This document shows positions 54,080-63,934 of a stretch of DNA of 64,000 nt, piece by piece; position 1 is the stretch's first letter; every line of letters begins with the position of its first letter. Source of the DNA: a virus. Its lineage: Duplodnaviria; Caudoviricetes. The notes under the pieces were generated by a model that had not been told where the DNA came from, made no database searches, and worked only from the letters and a program-made list of their open reading frames with translations. The stretch lies in IMG/VR virus record IMGVR_UViG_3300011339_000278, positions 6,743 to 70,742 of that record. One strand, given 5' to 3'. Position numbers and translations under genes: made by a program.

Positions 54080-56933
54080 TCTCTTGTTTAGGCGTAATCA
54101 AGTGAGTCAAGTCAGTTTCAAACGCATAGGCTTGCACGTTTGTACTGCCAACCGCGTCAGACCATCCAGCCGCCATCTGTTTGCGCAACTTGCCTTTCAT
54201 AACTCCAGCATCGGTCAGCTTAGTCTCAAACTCTTTGATGCCTAGCTTGATCTCATGCAGGTATGCTTTGAGCGCGGAAGTAGATACAAAGATCGTGCTT
54301 TCCTCAACTTCAGCCCTGATGTACAGAGGGCCACGAGGCGCTGTGGATACTTTGCCGTTGTTTACAACCAACATGTTCTGAATGTTCTTGTTGATGAAGT
54401 CACCCAAAACATCTTCACGGGTATTGGAGTCAGCTTTGCGCTTACCGCTGATGATGTCGTTGAACGCACCGCCAACTACGTTCATGATACGAACCATGTC
54501 AAACTCAAACCAGCCCAGTTCACGCAGGATGCGCTCGGCGGTGTAGACGTTGGCAATTAAACTGGCGATGTAGCGATACTCACCGCTCTTTGAATACTTG
54601 TCTGCAACGTTCATGTACTCAATGTGAATACGGCGTGTTAACTCTTTCTTGCCAACTTTCAACAGTTCTTGTACGTATGGCTCACCAGCGTGTCCGTAGT
54701 GAAAGTGATACGCATCAAACATCTCTTTACCGCGTTCAAGCGTCAGCTCATAACCGTGGACGTTGGGCCTAGTCATGAACGGCTCAAGGATACGCATTTC
54801 TTCAGCGCTTGTGTTTGCCTTGTAAGTTGAAATGATGTCAATCAACGAGTTGTTTGTTGTGATGATTGCAATCAGTCGGGTGATAAACTCTGACTCACGT
54901 TCTTGGTTTGATGAAGCTTGAAGTCTAATCTTTGGGCGACCAGCAGAAGTTTTGTAAACCACATCAGATGCTACTTTGCCGTCTAAGTTAGTCTGCTCAT
55001 CAAGACCAAACGTAATATTCTTAGAGGTAATCATGCGCTGTGTTAGCGCATTGGGTGTAGCATCGTTAACAGTCAAACTCTCAGGCGATCCCCAAATGCT
55101 CATTGCCGAATACAAAGCGCCTGTCTTACCCACACCAGACTCACCGTGCAGAGAAAGCACGATGCCGTTGACGTTGGAAAACTCCATCAAAGGTGTTGCG
55201 AATCCGCAGAGTAATGTAAACGCATGGAACTCATAGCCCGGGTCGTTGAGCATACGAGCCGCCTTGAGCCAGCCGTCAAACGTACCGCTTTTCTTAACGT
55301 AGCGCACAATGTTCTTGGACATTGGTGACGGTGGGCAGTGCCTAATTTCGTCTTTAAAGATTTCGCTTGTGCCTAAAACAAATGATTCGTGATCATCAGT
55401 CCAGCCTTGTTGAATACGCATAATGTCTGCCTTTTGTGTGTTGATTAAATAACTTGTCCATTTCATTAGATAGCTTGCAAACTTGGGAGCAAGCGAGGGT
55501 TCAAATGCAACGCCGTTAGATAGCAGGGTTGCCTTGAGTTTGTCTAATGCGCCGATGTCTTTCAGGGGTAGCATGAATTCGCGAGACGCATCGCGTGGTA
55601 GATGTAAGCGCATAACAAGGCACTCACCATCATGGGGACTGAACAGCCGTTGAATAGGGTACACATCATTCGGTGTCAGCATTTCGGGTGGGTCTTGGAC
55701 TTTCTTACCATCCTTGTTCATACGTGGTGGGGGTTGAAAGTACACACCGCCGTTGATTGGACGGAAGAATGGCTTAAGAAACTCAGGAAAGACTAAGAGG
55801 TTTTTGGGATCCTTTTTGGCCCCAGTTGGCTCCGCTTCATTCGGGGCTTCGTCTCCTTCATCGCTAGAAGTTCCGTCAGAGGATTCGGTGTATTCAACTG
55901 CGAGTTTGATGGATCGGGCAAGTGCAATAGGCCCTGACTTTCCGAGTTTTCCTTTGTGTGGGCATCCAGCGCATCCAGACCGGTTCTCGCGTTCAAAGGC
56001 ATCGCAACTGTGTGCCCAAGCGGCTTCGCTTCTTGACTGCTCTGCTTTTCGTTCCGTTTCGTCCCTTGAGTAGTCGGGGTGGTCTTCCGACATGAGATGT
56101 ATGGCAGTGTTGCCATCAACACACCTTGAGGCGACAGATAATCCAGCGTACCACAGCGGCTCTGGACAACTAGCCGCGTTTTCGAGAATGTATTTAATTT
56201 GTCCACAGCCTACTCCTTCTAAGCTATCCTCCGCAAGCTTTTGGAAGACGTATTCATAATTGCCGTTCATCTTGTCAAACAGCGCTTGGGTCTCATCATC
56301 AAGACCCTTTTCAACTTGGCTCAAGTCAAACGCTTTTTCAACTTTACCAAGCAGGTCTTCCCAGTCTTCAAAGTTTGTAGGTTCAGCGTCTTGTATTACT
56401 TCGACTGGTAATGGGGCGCGTTTCAAGTTGCGACTGCCGGGGACTCTAAGAATCCTTGCGGCATCTGCCGTAACTACCTCATCAATCATGAGGCCGTTGT
56501 CTAAACAATACTGTTTAAACTTTTCAGCGTACGGTTTCCAAATATCAGTTGGCACATCACTTGTAAAAGGCCAGTACGCATGAATACCATTACCGGAATT
56601 TACAATGATCGGTTTAGGCAGTTCAGTGGCAGATAAAAACTTGTGCAGTCCTATCAGTCCATCTTCCCATGCCGCATACGGCTTGTCAGGGCCGCAGTCT
56701 AGGTCAACAAAGAATGAGCGCATAAAAATACACGCACTCGCCTTGCGTTGATACCCCTCAAATGTCCCAAGCGCAAAAAATGTGTTGAAGTCACCAGCAT
56801 CAAAGTCCTTCATGAAGTCAATCGCTTCACTAAGGTACTCAGAGAATTTGGGGCGCACTGAGTCACCCTTGATTCCGACTACACAAATGTTGCCCTGCGT
56901 TGGCAATACCTTATCAAAAAATTGTTCGTTCAT
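54057..56933 (-). CDS. Primase-helicase (RepB/AEP-like primase, DUF927, P-loop helicase)
   Basis: FVDLD, VNSGNGIHAYW, DAARILRVPG, Cys cluster, HGESGVGKT. Confidence 0.9.
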   Translation of the reverse strand: MNEQFFDKVLPTQGNICVVGIKGDSVRPKFSEYLSEAIDFMKDFDAGDFNTFFALGTFEGYQRKASACIFMRSFFVDLDCGPDKPYAAWEDGLIGLHKFLSATELPKPIIVNSGNGIHAYWPFTSDVPTDIWKPYAEKFKQYCLDNGLMIDEVVTADAARILRVPGSRNLKRAPLPVEVIQDAEPTNFEDWEDLLGKVEKAFDLSQVEKGLDDETQALFDKMNGNYEYVFQKLAEDSLEGVGCGQIKYILENAASCPEPLWYAGLSVASRCVDGNTAIHLMSEDHPDYSRDETERKAEQSRSEAAWAHSCDAFERENRSGCAGCPHKGKLGKSGPIALARSIKLAVEYTESSDGTSSDEGDEAPNEAEPTGAKKDPKNLLVFPEFLKPFFRPINGGVYFQPPPRMNKDGKKVQDPPEMLTPNDVYPIQRLFSPHDGECLVMRLHLPRDASREFMLPLKDIGALDKLKATLLSNGVAFEPSLAPKFASYLMKWTSYLINTQKADIMRIQQGWTDDHESFVLGTSEIFKDEIRHCPPSPMSKNIVRYVKKSGTFDGWLKAARMLNDPGYEFHAFTLLCGFATPLMEFSNVNGIVLSLHGESGVGKTGALYSAMSIWGSPESLTVNDATPNALTQRMITSKNITFGLDEQTNLDGKVASDVVYKTSAGRPKIRLQASSNQERESEFITRLIAIITTNNSLIDIISTYKANTSAEEMRILEPFMTRPNVHGYELTLERGKEMFDAYHFHYGHAGEPYVQELLKVGKKELTRRIHIEYMNVADKYSKSGEYRYIASLIANVYTAERILRELGWFEFDMVRIMNVVGGAFNDIISGKRKADSNTREDVLGDFINKNIQNMLVVNNGKVSTAPRGPLYIRAEVEESTIFVSTSALKAYLHEIKLGIKEFETKLTDAGVMKGKLRKQMAAGWSDAVGSTNVQAYAFETDLTHLITPKQENEQETTE

Positions 56934-56988
56934 AATCGCAGAGACAATAAAGGCGAGGACCGGCCTCGCCTGTAAACAATATGGGTTA

Positions 56989-57324
56989 TTAGCCCGACTT
57001 TTTAGAAGCTTGCGTAACTGCGCGACCGAGAATGTTCTCGGTGTATGTACGGGCTTCTTTGAGATTCTTGGCTGGCAAGAGTCCCGCTTCGGTGTCCTCC
57101 TTTAGAAGTTCTAAGAATAGTCTGATTTTTTCACGACGACCACTGCGTACATACCCGCCCCGAAACCACGCATGAATACCCATGCGTGATACACCGAGGA
57201 TTGCTGACACGTATGCGGCAGGCAAGTTGGCTTCGATACACGCCTTTGCAAGCGTGATGCCCACATTGTCCCCCTCAGTTGTATCAACAATGCTTAGTAG
57301 TTCGGGGCTGTATGTGCGGGCCAT
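56989..57324 (-). CDS. HTH transcriptional regulator (Cro/XRE-like)
   Basis: AYVSAILGVSRMGIHAWFRG helix-turn-helix. Confidence 0.7.
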   Translation of the reverse strand: MARTYSPELLSIVDTTEGDNVGITLAKACIEANLPAAYVSAILGVSRMGIHAWFRGGYVRSGRREKIRLFLELLKEDTEAGLLPAKNLKEARTYTENILGRAVTQASKKSG

Positions 57325-58187
57325 TACTTCTTAGACCACTTTTTAACGATGTCGCTAACATCTTCAGGCGCTTCAGCAGATGCTTTAGCTGTAGATGCAC
57401 GTTTCACTGGCTCGGGAACAGCTTCAGCGAACGAGGGTGGTTGAGCAGGCGCTTCAACTTCATCAACACCATCAGTCTTAAACACAGACAACTTGATTGC
57501 GTTTTCTGCGGCTGGAGTCTTACCTTGACGCACGATTGCATCGCGCATTTCATTAGGCACAGCAGAAGCTGGAGAAAACAGTAAGCGGGGTACTGGGAAG
57601 TTGATGTCAAACTGCATCTTAGTTACGACACGACCAGCAGACACGTTGTTGTTAGCAAGCATCTGAATGTATGGACGGAAGGGCCACTTACCGCCTTCTT
57701 CTTTGCCGAATGCAGAAGTAGCTGGCAACACGATCTGATACACATCTCCCTCGGGATCGTTAGGCAGTACAACAGCGGCTCTCCATGAGAGTCGGCAAGC
57801 AGTGCCTTGACCGCCTTGACCTGAACCCTTGACTGAGTTGGGGCACTCAGCGCAAGTTGCCGCACAAGGAGATTTAACCTCGGGGTCAGGTGTCTTCGAG
57901 TCATTTGACCAGCAAGCAGGGGCCAACTTCACACCCTTCTTGTAGGTAGAGTTATAGAAGGTGCGCGACGCATCGTGAGCCATCTTAACGATGATGACGT
58001 TCATAGAGTTGTCAGTGTTGACGCTCTGCTCTTTGCCACCGACGATCTTGCGGAATACGCGACCTTCAATAGAAATGCGTTTGTTGCCTTTTGTGGCATT
58101 ACCGGCTACGGCAAGGGTGTCCTCATCGAGGCCCAATTCCATCAGACCACCGGCGTTTTGAAAAATGTTTGCGAGTTCGTTACTCAT
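57324..58187 (-). CDS. Putative ssDNA-binding/recombination protein
   Basis: RISI.G..FR, CWS.D...PD, C..CP....GSG...G.ACR; acidic tail then W. Confidence 0.65.
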   Translation of the reverse strand: MSNELANIFQNAGGLMELGLDEDTLAVAGNATKGNKRISIEGRVFRKIVGGKEQSVNTDNSMNVIIVKMAHDASRTFYNSTYKKGVKLAPACWSNDSKTPDPEVKSPCAATCAECPNSVKGSGQGGQGTACRLSWRAAVVLPNDPEGDVYQIVLPATSAFGKEEGGKWPFRPYIQMLANNNVSAGRVVTKMQFDINFPVPRLLFSPASAVPNEMRDAIVRQGKTPAAENAIKLSVFKTDGVDEVEAPAQPPSFAEAVPEPVKRASTAKASAEAPEDVSDIVKKWSKK

Positions 58188-58204
58188 GATATTTCCTGAT
58201 TAAA

Positions 58205-58624
58205 TTAAACTAAAGTTTCACTGGTTGAAGAAGCCTTGCGTACAACAATGTCGTACTCACGCAGGGCATTTACACCGGGCGGCAATCCATCTCCTACTCG
58301 CTCGGACATAAATTCTTTGAAGTTGCGCTGATGGATACGGCGTTCAAGCAAATCAATCGAGCCTTCTGTCTCGACAAACTTCCTAAAGTTATCCCAGTCA
58401 GTGCAAAAATATCTTTCCTTAACTTGTCTCGTAACAGTACCGCTGTCTGTCTTGAAACCGTTTTGGTTGTTCTCATTGCAAATAGCCAAAAGCGCTTCTT
58501 TAATCGACTCCATAGCGTCTTTCAGTTCTTCGTCCTGAGATTCATAGTTGGCCTTTAACGACTCGCGCATCCTGCGAATCTCAAGGTAGTCAGACACCAA
58601 CTCTTCTGTATCGTTTACTGTCAT
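58205..58624 (-). CDS. Conserved replication-module protein
   Basis: Coiled coil, KT..GT, DW..F..F, LLE.RI, LPPG. Confidence 0.75.
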   Translation of the reverse strand: MTVNDTEELVSDYLEIRRMRESLKANYESQDEELKDAMESIKEALLAICNENNQNGFKTDSGTVTRQVKERYFCTDWDNFRKFVETEGSIDLLERRIHQRNFKEFMSERVGDGLPPGVNALREYDIVVRKASSTSETLV

Positions 58625-60186
58625 ACAGTCTCTCCTATTTCCTCTTTGTACAGGTCTACCAACTGAGTGTGCAAATCCACTTTGCCCTGAAGCATTGTGT
58701 ACATGCGCTTCTCCACCTCAGACCCTTGAAGGTGAATCACAGTCATTTTGTTTTTCTGTCCAACGCGGTCGATACGCGCAACGCATTGCAGATAAGTTTC
58801 TACGGACATCACAGGCGACCAAAACACAATCGTGTCTGCCGCAGTCAACGTAACACCGTGCGATGCCGCTTGCGGTTGAATCAAGAGCACTCGTGGTGTG
58901 TCGGTTGTTTGGAACTTGTTAAAGATAGCGGCACGGTTTGACGCTGTAACATCACCTGAAATAATCTCTGTTGTGATATTGTTCTTCGTCAAATAGTCCT
59001 GCACCACTTTGATTGTGTGGCGATACGGAATAAAGACGATCACCTTGTGCGATGCCTCATCAACCACTTCGCCAAGCACGTTCAAGCGCGGTGAAATATC
59101 AAACTCAATCACGTTGTGGTCATCTGTATAAACAGCGCCGCCTGATAACTGCAAGAGCTTTGTAAGTGCCGCCGCCGCATTGACTGTGCTGATAGTCTCG
59201 CCAGCCGCTTCGATCTGCATTTCTTTGCGCAACTCTTTGTAGTAACTTGTGGCTTGGGCGCTGAGTGGCACTTCGCGTGTCTGATACATCAGGTCAGGCA
59301 AATCAAGGCATTGTGCTTTCTCGTACCGGATCGCGGGTTGTAAGGCATTGAATACAAGACCCTTGGCGTGTGGTTTGGGTATCCACTTGAAGCGTGTGAT
59401 CTGTTGCATGACCGCATCTTTCCATGCCGTCTTGTACTTGGGAATGTTATTGGGGTTGACCAACTTAGCCAAACCAAATGCGTCTTCGGGTGACTGAGAA
59501 GCAGGAGTGCCGGTCATCATCCACAGATACGTGTCGGGACGAATTATCTTGGCAAGGTTTTTCCAACGCACGGTGCTTGGGTTCTTGTAGGCGTTAGCTT
59601 CGTCAACGATGATGAGATCAAAACCACCATCCATGATTGTTTGACGCTCTGCGTTAACACCGTCGTAATTGATGATTACAAACTCGTAACCTCCGTTGAT
59701 AACTTTCTTGCGCTTTGATCCGTGCGCTATACCGCAAGTGCGGTGCATCACTGTCTTAAACAAGTCTGCTTGCCATGCGCTTTGCATGATTGACAAGGGG
59801 CAAACGACCAACACACGTTTCACTAACCCGTGAATCATTAGGTAATCAGCCGCCCAAATAGCCGCAGAAGTTTTGCCTGTACCGGCCTCGTTGAAACAAA
59901 AGGCGCGGCGGTGTAGTGTAAGGAATCGAGCAGTGTCGCGTTGATGGTCAAACGGAGTAAACATTCCGGGCCACTCGTAGTCACGCTCAATGGGAGATGG
60001 AATCTTATTAGAGTCAGGCAGTAAGCGAACGAGCTTTTGCACCTCGTTGATGCCCCAATACATCAGCACCTCAGAGTGCCCGCCTTCAGCTCCAATCAGC
60101 TCACTCTTGTCGATGTACGTAGTAATTTGCTTTGCTACGTCATGAGAGCAATGGAACCGCAGTGCGGTGTTGTCAACTATATTCAT
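58621..60186 (-). CDS. SNF2-like superfamily 2 helicase
   Basis: EAGTGKT, VVCPLS, DEAN, MTGTP, HGVTL, Q..ARIDR; likely ATG at 60186. Confidence 0.92.
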   Translation of the reverse strand: MNIVDNTALRFHCSHDVAKQITTYIDKSELIGAEGGHSEVLMYWGINEVQKLVRLLPDSNKIPSPIERDYEWPGMFTPFDHQRDTARFLTLHRRAFCFNEAGTGKTSAAIWAADYLMIHGLVKRVLVVCPLSIMQSAWQADLFKTVMHRTCGIAHGSKRKKVINGGYEFVIINYDGVNAERQTIMDGGFDLIIVDEANAYKNPSTVRWKNLAKIIRPDTYLWMMTGTPASQSPEDAFGLAKLVNPNNIPKYKTAWKDAVMQQITRFKWIPKPHAKGLVFNALQPAIRYEKAQCLDLPDLMYQTREVPLSAQATSYYKELRKEMQIEAAGETISTVNAAAALTKLLQLSGGAVYTDDHNVIEFDISPRLNVLGEVVDEASHKVIVFIPYRHTIKVVQDYLTKNNITTEIISGDVTASNRAAIFNKFQTTDTPRVLLIQPQAASHGVTLTAADTIVFWSPVMSVETYLQCVARIDRVGQKNKMTVIHLQGSEVEKRMYTMLQGKVDLHTQLVDLYKEEIGETV

Positions 60187-60204
60187 ACTGCCTTTCAACT
60201 AAAT

Positions 60205-60378
60205 TGTGTGTTACGAACGGGGGGCACGGCCCCCCATCCGGTTAGTCCTGTCGTGGGTGAAAGTATGTCCATAGGAGAGTACCCACCGACTAACTGACGT
60301 GGTTTACGGGGGAAAACAAGCCAGCAACTGCAACAAACCCCCATCAGCCCACTCACGCCTAACGACTGAACCTTGATT
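60205..60378 (-). ncRNA. Structured leader or small RNA upstream of helicase
   Basis: Stems GGCGUG/CACGUC, GGGGG/CCCCC, GUUAGUC/GACUAAC, GUGGGU/ACCCAC and a terminal G/C hairpin. Confidence 0.45.
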
Positions 60379-60384
60379 GACTTA

Positions 60385-60412
60385 ATTATGAGGCCAAAAC
60401 CTTATAAGTCAA
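60385..60412 (-). promoter_or_regulatory. Sigma70-like promoter
   Basis: TTGACT-N16-CATAAT. Confidence 0.7.
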
Positions 60413-60442
60413 GTAATTTTTTCGTTGGAATCGTAGGTACTT

Positions 60443-60754
60443 TCACCTAGAGCGTTCTTTTTTGCTGGTCTCAGAGACCAAATTTCCCTTTGAATCGCGC
60501 CGGAACGAGCGATTTTTAGCAACGCTTTGAATGCGTAGGCCATCCTTGTTTGAGCCGCCTTTGTCTAAGGCGCGAACGTGCGCTACATCCTTACCTTCTC
60601 GGCGGTCTGCCTTACCATTTCCATTGGTATCAGCGCCGGTTTTGTCGATTGAACGGCGTCCGCGCTGGCGTTCCATGCGACGTTCGTGCTCACCTCGAGC
60701 CTTCTGTTGTTCGTACTCTTTTTTGTACGGTCTAGGTTTGTTTACATAAGGCAT
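60443..60754 (-). CDS. Small HNH-like protein
   Basis: R.YKKEY....R..R.R.RR...GKDV.H...L.KGGSN.....S...NRS; likely ATG at 60754. Confidence 0.7.
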   Translation of the reverse strand: MPYVNKPRPYKKEYEQQKARGEHERRMERQRGRRSIDKTGADTNGNGKADRREGKDVAHVRALDKGGSNKDGLRIQSVAKNRSFRRDSKGNLVSETSKKERSR

Positions 60755-60756
60755 GA

Positions 60757-61419
60757 TTACCCCTTGTGGAATTGACAAGTCTTTACTGGACACCATCCGC
60801 ACAGGGGCGTAGGGTTAGCCTGCCAAGAATTATTCTCGTGGGACAAGCGCAAGCGCTCAAGATTCCAGTAAAAATCTTCCCAGTACGAGGCTATATTGTC
60901 TCTCGAATATTCAGAAGTTACAAAGTGATTATGGGCAACAAACAACAGGCCAGCATTGATGTGTTGGAGCTGCGGAAAGTGTTCAAATGCCATAAGAGCC
61001 ATTAACTGCAATTGTTTGGGATCGGGGTAGCGGTTGCTCCCAGTCTTGTAGTCAACAATAAAACCTACATCATCCCGCACAACCAGCAAGTCGGCGATAC
61101 CACGCACCCAATAGTCAGGCGCATCGAACGCGCAAGGCTTCTTATCGTAGGTTAGCGCCATCTCGTGCTCGGGGTATTTAGTGCCCTCCATGTCCCGCAG
61201 GGGGTCGAGCTGAGATTTGAACCGCTCATAGTTCTTGGCGAGGGGCGTACCGTCTTTGACGTAGTTCTCCAGCGCAGAGTGAACCTCCGTGCCGTATAAC
61301 ATTTGCTTTGTAGCTTCCTTCTTAAAATTCTTTAAGACCTTGACTTCATGGTACTGTTTTGGACAATTTGCAAAGTCCTTCAGGCCGGAGTACGACCACT
61401 TAATTTCACTGGCTTTCAT
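60757..61419 (-). CDS. PD-(D/E)XK RecB/Cas4-like exonuclease
   Basis: WSYS.L..F..CP, G...H, RG.AD, DYKTG, C.WCPV..C. Confidence 0.9.
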   Translation of the reverse strand: MKASEIKWSYSGLKDFANCPKQYHEVKVLKNFKKEATKQMLYGTEVHSALENYVKDGTPLAKNYERFKSQLDPLRDMEGTKYPEHEMALTYDKKPCAFDAPDYWVRGIADLLVVRDDVGFIVDYKTGSNRYPDPKQLQLMALMAFEHFPQLQHINAGLLFVAHNHFVTSEYSRDNIASYWEDFYWNLERLRLSHENNSWQANPTPLCGWCPVKTCQFHKG

Positions 61420-62066
61420 ATATCTGTGCGCTCCTTTTTAGAACCAGTAGAAGTTACCATATTTAAGCGCTTTGGGTTGAATCCGTTTTCGTAAAAGGAA
61501 GCGCCACGCAAGATCATGAAGAATTTATCGCCGTGCCAAGTGTTGCCTACAACGAACGTGCCTACATTCATACGACCACCAAAGATATTTAAAGCGCACA
61601 CCGAGTCGACCATCTTGCCGCCCGTGTACATACTGCTTGGTGATTTGTTTGTTTGGACTGGCCCTATGAATACAGGCATGTTCAGGTCACGCGCATAAGC
61701 CGCCGCTTGCTCTAAATGATCTGCAAGGGTTGTTGCGGCAAGGCCGTTGGGGTAGTGTGGTGACATCTGACGTTTAACTTCTATGCCAAACTTGATCTCA
61801 CGGTCCTCGTGCATAGCCGTCACAACAAAGTCGATTGCCTTACCACTTGTTGTTTTAACTTCTTTCTCATAGCTCCAACCCTTCTCGTCAAGCAGTTCGC
61901 TCACTAGGTTAGATGCCGCCTTCTCGGTAGCGTAGTCAGCCGCAAACAGTTGTTGCTTGCGCTTTTGTTCTGCTTGATATTGTGCGGGAGTTTGCTGTAT
62001 GGGAAGCCGTAGTGACTGGATGTTGATGCCATTCGTCCGTGCCCAAAGTTCGTGTTTGCGATCCAT
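61416..62066 (-). CDS. Putative PD-(D/E)XK endonuclease
   Basis: E..V...L...G, IDFVV...IEVK. Confidence 0.55.
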   Translation of the reverse strand: MDRKHELWARTNGINIQSLRLPIQQTPAQYQAEQKRKQQLFAADYATEKAASNLVSELLDEKGWSYEKEVKTTSGKAIDFVVTAMHEDREIKFGIEVKRQMSPHYPNGLAATTLADHLEQAAAYARDLNMPVFIGPVQTNKSPSSMYTGGKMVDSVCALNIFGGRMNVGTFVVGNTWHGDKFFMILRGASFYENGFNPKRLNMVTSTGSKKERTDI

Positions 62067-63934
62067 TAGCAGTCTCCGTAAGTTGCGCCAACGCCCGCTT
62101 CACATGCGACAGGTAGGCCGGTTGCCCACTCGGGGGCTTTAGACATGATGCCAGTTATGAAAGCCACAGCCTCGTCAGCCTCATCCGCAGGAACAACATT
62201 AACAGCCGCGTCATGCACGGTTAGCGCAACGCGATACTTCTCGTTGATCTCAACCATTTGAGTGCCCACGACGATCCTTGCTAGAGCTTGAACCACGTTC
62301 TCAACCACAGCCCCACCCCAAATGGAGACCTTGCCCTTGCGTGAGTCATACATTACTTTGGACTTACCGTCCTCGTACTCGCGGCGTAGGTTAGTGTATC
62401 GGATACGAAAGCCATTGGGCAGTATCAGCCCCTCGTTGTCGTAGAACACGCAGTCGTGTTTACCGAACGGCCTAGGCTCGGTGATCTTTGAGTTCATCAT
62501 CTCTTCAAGCATCTGATCGGCCTCAGCCCATAGCTCGATGATCTTGTCGTTAATTTGACGGTACTTGCCAACCAAGTCTTTACATTCATCCTCGGTGAGT
62601 TTTACACCGGGCGGCGTGGTAGACAGTGTGTGCTGTAACTTTAAAGCCCCAGTGCCGTAGCCAAGGCCCAGAATACAAGTTTTGCCCACGAACCGCTCAA
62701 TGGGATCTTTCTTGGTAATCTTGCGCCCGTATACAGCAGACGCGAACACAGAGTAAACATCTTCACCATCAGCAAAGAGTTTCACAATATCATCTTGACC
62801 CGCAAGCCAAGGTAGAACCCGCGCCTCGATCTGCGATGAGTCACAGTTGATGACGACGTAACCATCAGGCGGCACGATAGCTTTCTTTAAAGCCTTTTTC
62901 TTTGGATCGCGGCTCGGTAAGTTCTGAAAGTTAATCTTGTCAGTACCCGACCATCTGCCTGTATGCGCTCCATAGTATTTCAGGGGGATGGGAATCATTC
63001 CCTTATTGCGTTCCCCAATCTTCATGAAACGCTCGATGCGTTTCTCCTCTAGTGTTGACTTCGTTCCAAGGCGCACAGCGCACAAGTGTTGGATAAAAGT
63101 ATCTTCACTCTCAGTCAGGGCAATGAACCCTTCGTCCTTCTTGGCAAGTGCAGGCATCTGCTTACCAGTCGTGGGGCTGGCCTTCATCGGCACTTCGATG
63201 CCAAGGTCTTGTAGTATCTTTGCAAACTTGCTATTGCTTGACAAGTTTTTACGTACATCTTCCTCAGTCTCGCACTGAAGCTTCTCCATCAGTGAAGAAA
63301 GTAATTCTGATTTCTCTTTCTGTAACCCATCGAGACGTTCCTTCAGTGTGTCTTGGTCAATGCACAGCATCGGATGGATGTACATACGCAAAGTCATGTC
63401 GATGAGCTTTAACTCCTCCATCGGAAAGCCTTGCGCCATGCGGCAGAACAACTCGTAGGTCAACTTAACGTCATTCTCACAGTACCGACCATATTGCGCC
63501 AAGTCATCGGGAGTGAAGTCGGTACGGCGCTTGTTGATAGCGTCATTAACTTCTGTACCTTTCTCCCCTATTTGGTAGCGCAACGCTAGTTTGGCCAGTG
63601 AACCACCGACTTCAACACCGTGTATGGCTCTCGCCATAGACAGCGTATCGAGATACCCCATTGGTGTAATTCCAAAGTGCCACTTTAGAATTGCGCCGTC
63701 AAACAGCATGTTGTGGGCAATGACCATGCTATTCTTCCAGTCAAATTGCCCAAGCCACTTGCGTAGCGTTTCACGGTCGCCTGAATACCAAACTGGGTCG
63801 CCAGCATCTATCTGAACAGCAACACCTATGACCTCAAACTGCGGGTCACGGATGTACTCTTCTGTTGTTTGCTTGGAGAAACCCAGTCCAGTATTGGTGT
63901 AGTAGGTCTCAAAATCCACCGTAATTAAACTCAT
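62066..63934 (-). CDS. polA: Family A DNA polymerase with 3'-5' exonuclease
   Basis: DFET, AHN..FD, YC.ND; motif A D.SQIEARVL, motif B R..GK...LG..YG, motif C VHD. Confidence 0.96.
   Translation of the reverse strand: MSLITVDFETYYTNTGLGFSKQTTEEYIRDPQFEVIGVAVQIDAGDPVWYSGDRETLRKWLGQFDWKNSMVIAHNMLFDGAILKWHFGITPMGYLDTLSMARAIHGVEVGGSLAKLALRYQIGEKGTEVNDAINKRRTDFTPDDLAQYGRYCENDVKLTYELFCRMAQGFPMEELKLIDMTLRMYIHPMLCIDQDTLKERLDGLQKEKSELLSSLMEKLQCETEEDVRKNLSSNSKFAKILQDLGIEVPMKASPTTGKQMPALAKKDEGFIALTESEDTFIQHLCAVRLGTKSTLEEKRIERFMKIGERNKGMIPIPLKYYGAHTGRWSGTDKINFQNLPSRDPKKKALKKAIVPPDGYVVINCDSSQIEARVLPWLAGQDDIVKLFADGEDVYSVFASAVYGRKITKKDPIERFVGKTCILGLGYGTGALKLQHTLSTTPPGVKLTEDECKDLVGKYRQINDKIIELWAEADQMLEEMMNSKITEPRPFGKHDCVFYDNEGLILPNGFRIRYTNLRREYEDGKSKVMYDSRKGKVSIWGGAVVENVVQALARIVVGTQMVEINEKYRVALTVHDAAVNVVPADEADEAVAFITGIMSKAPEWATGLPVACEAGVGATYGDC

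Noticed and set aside
60757-61419. Cas4 as evidence of a CRISPR system
   Set aside because: Stand-alone RecB/Cas4-like exonuclease inside a standard phage replication module; no other cas genes.
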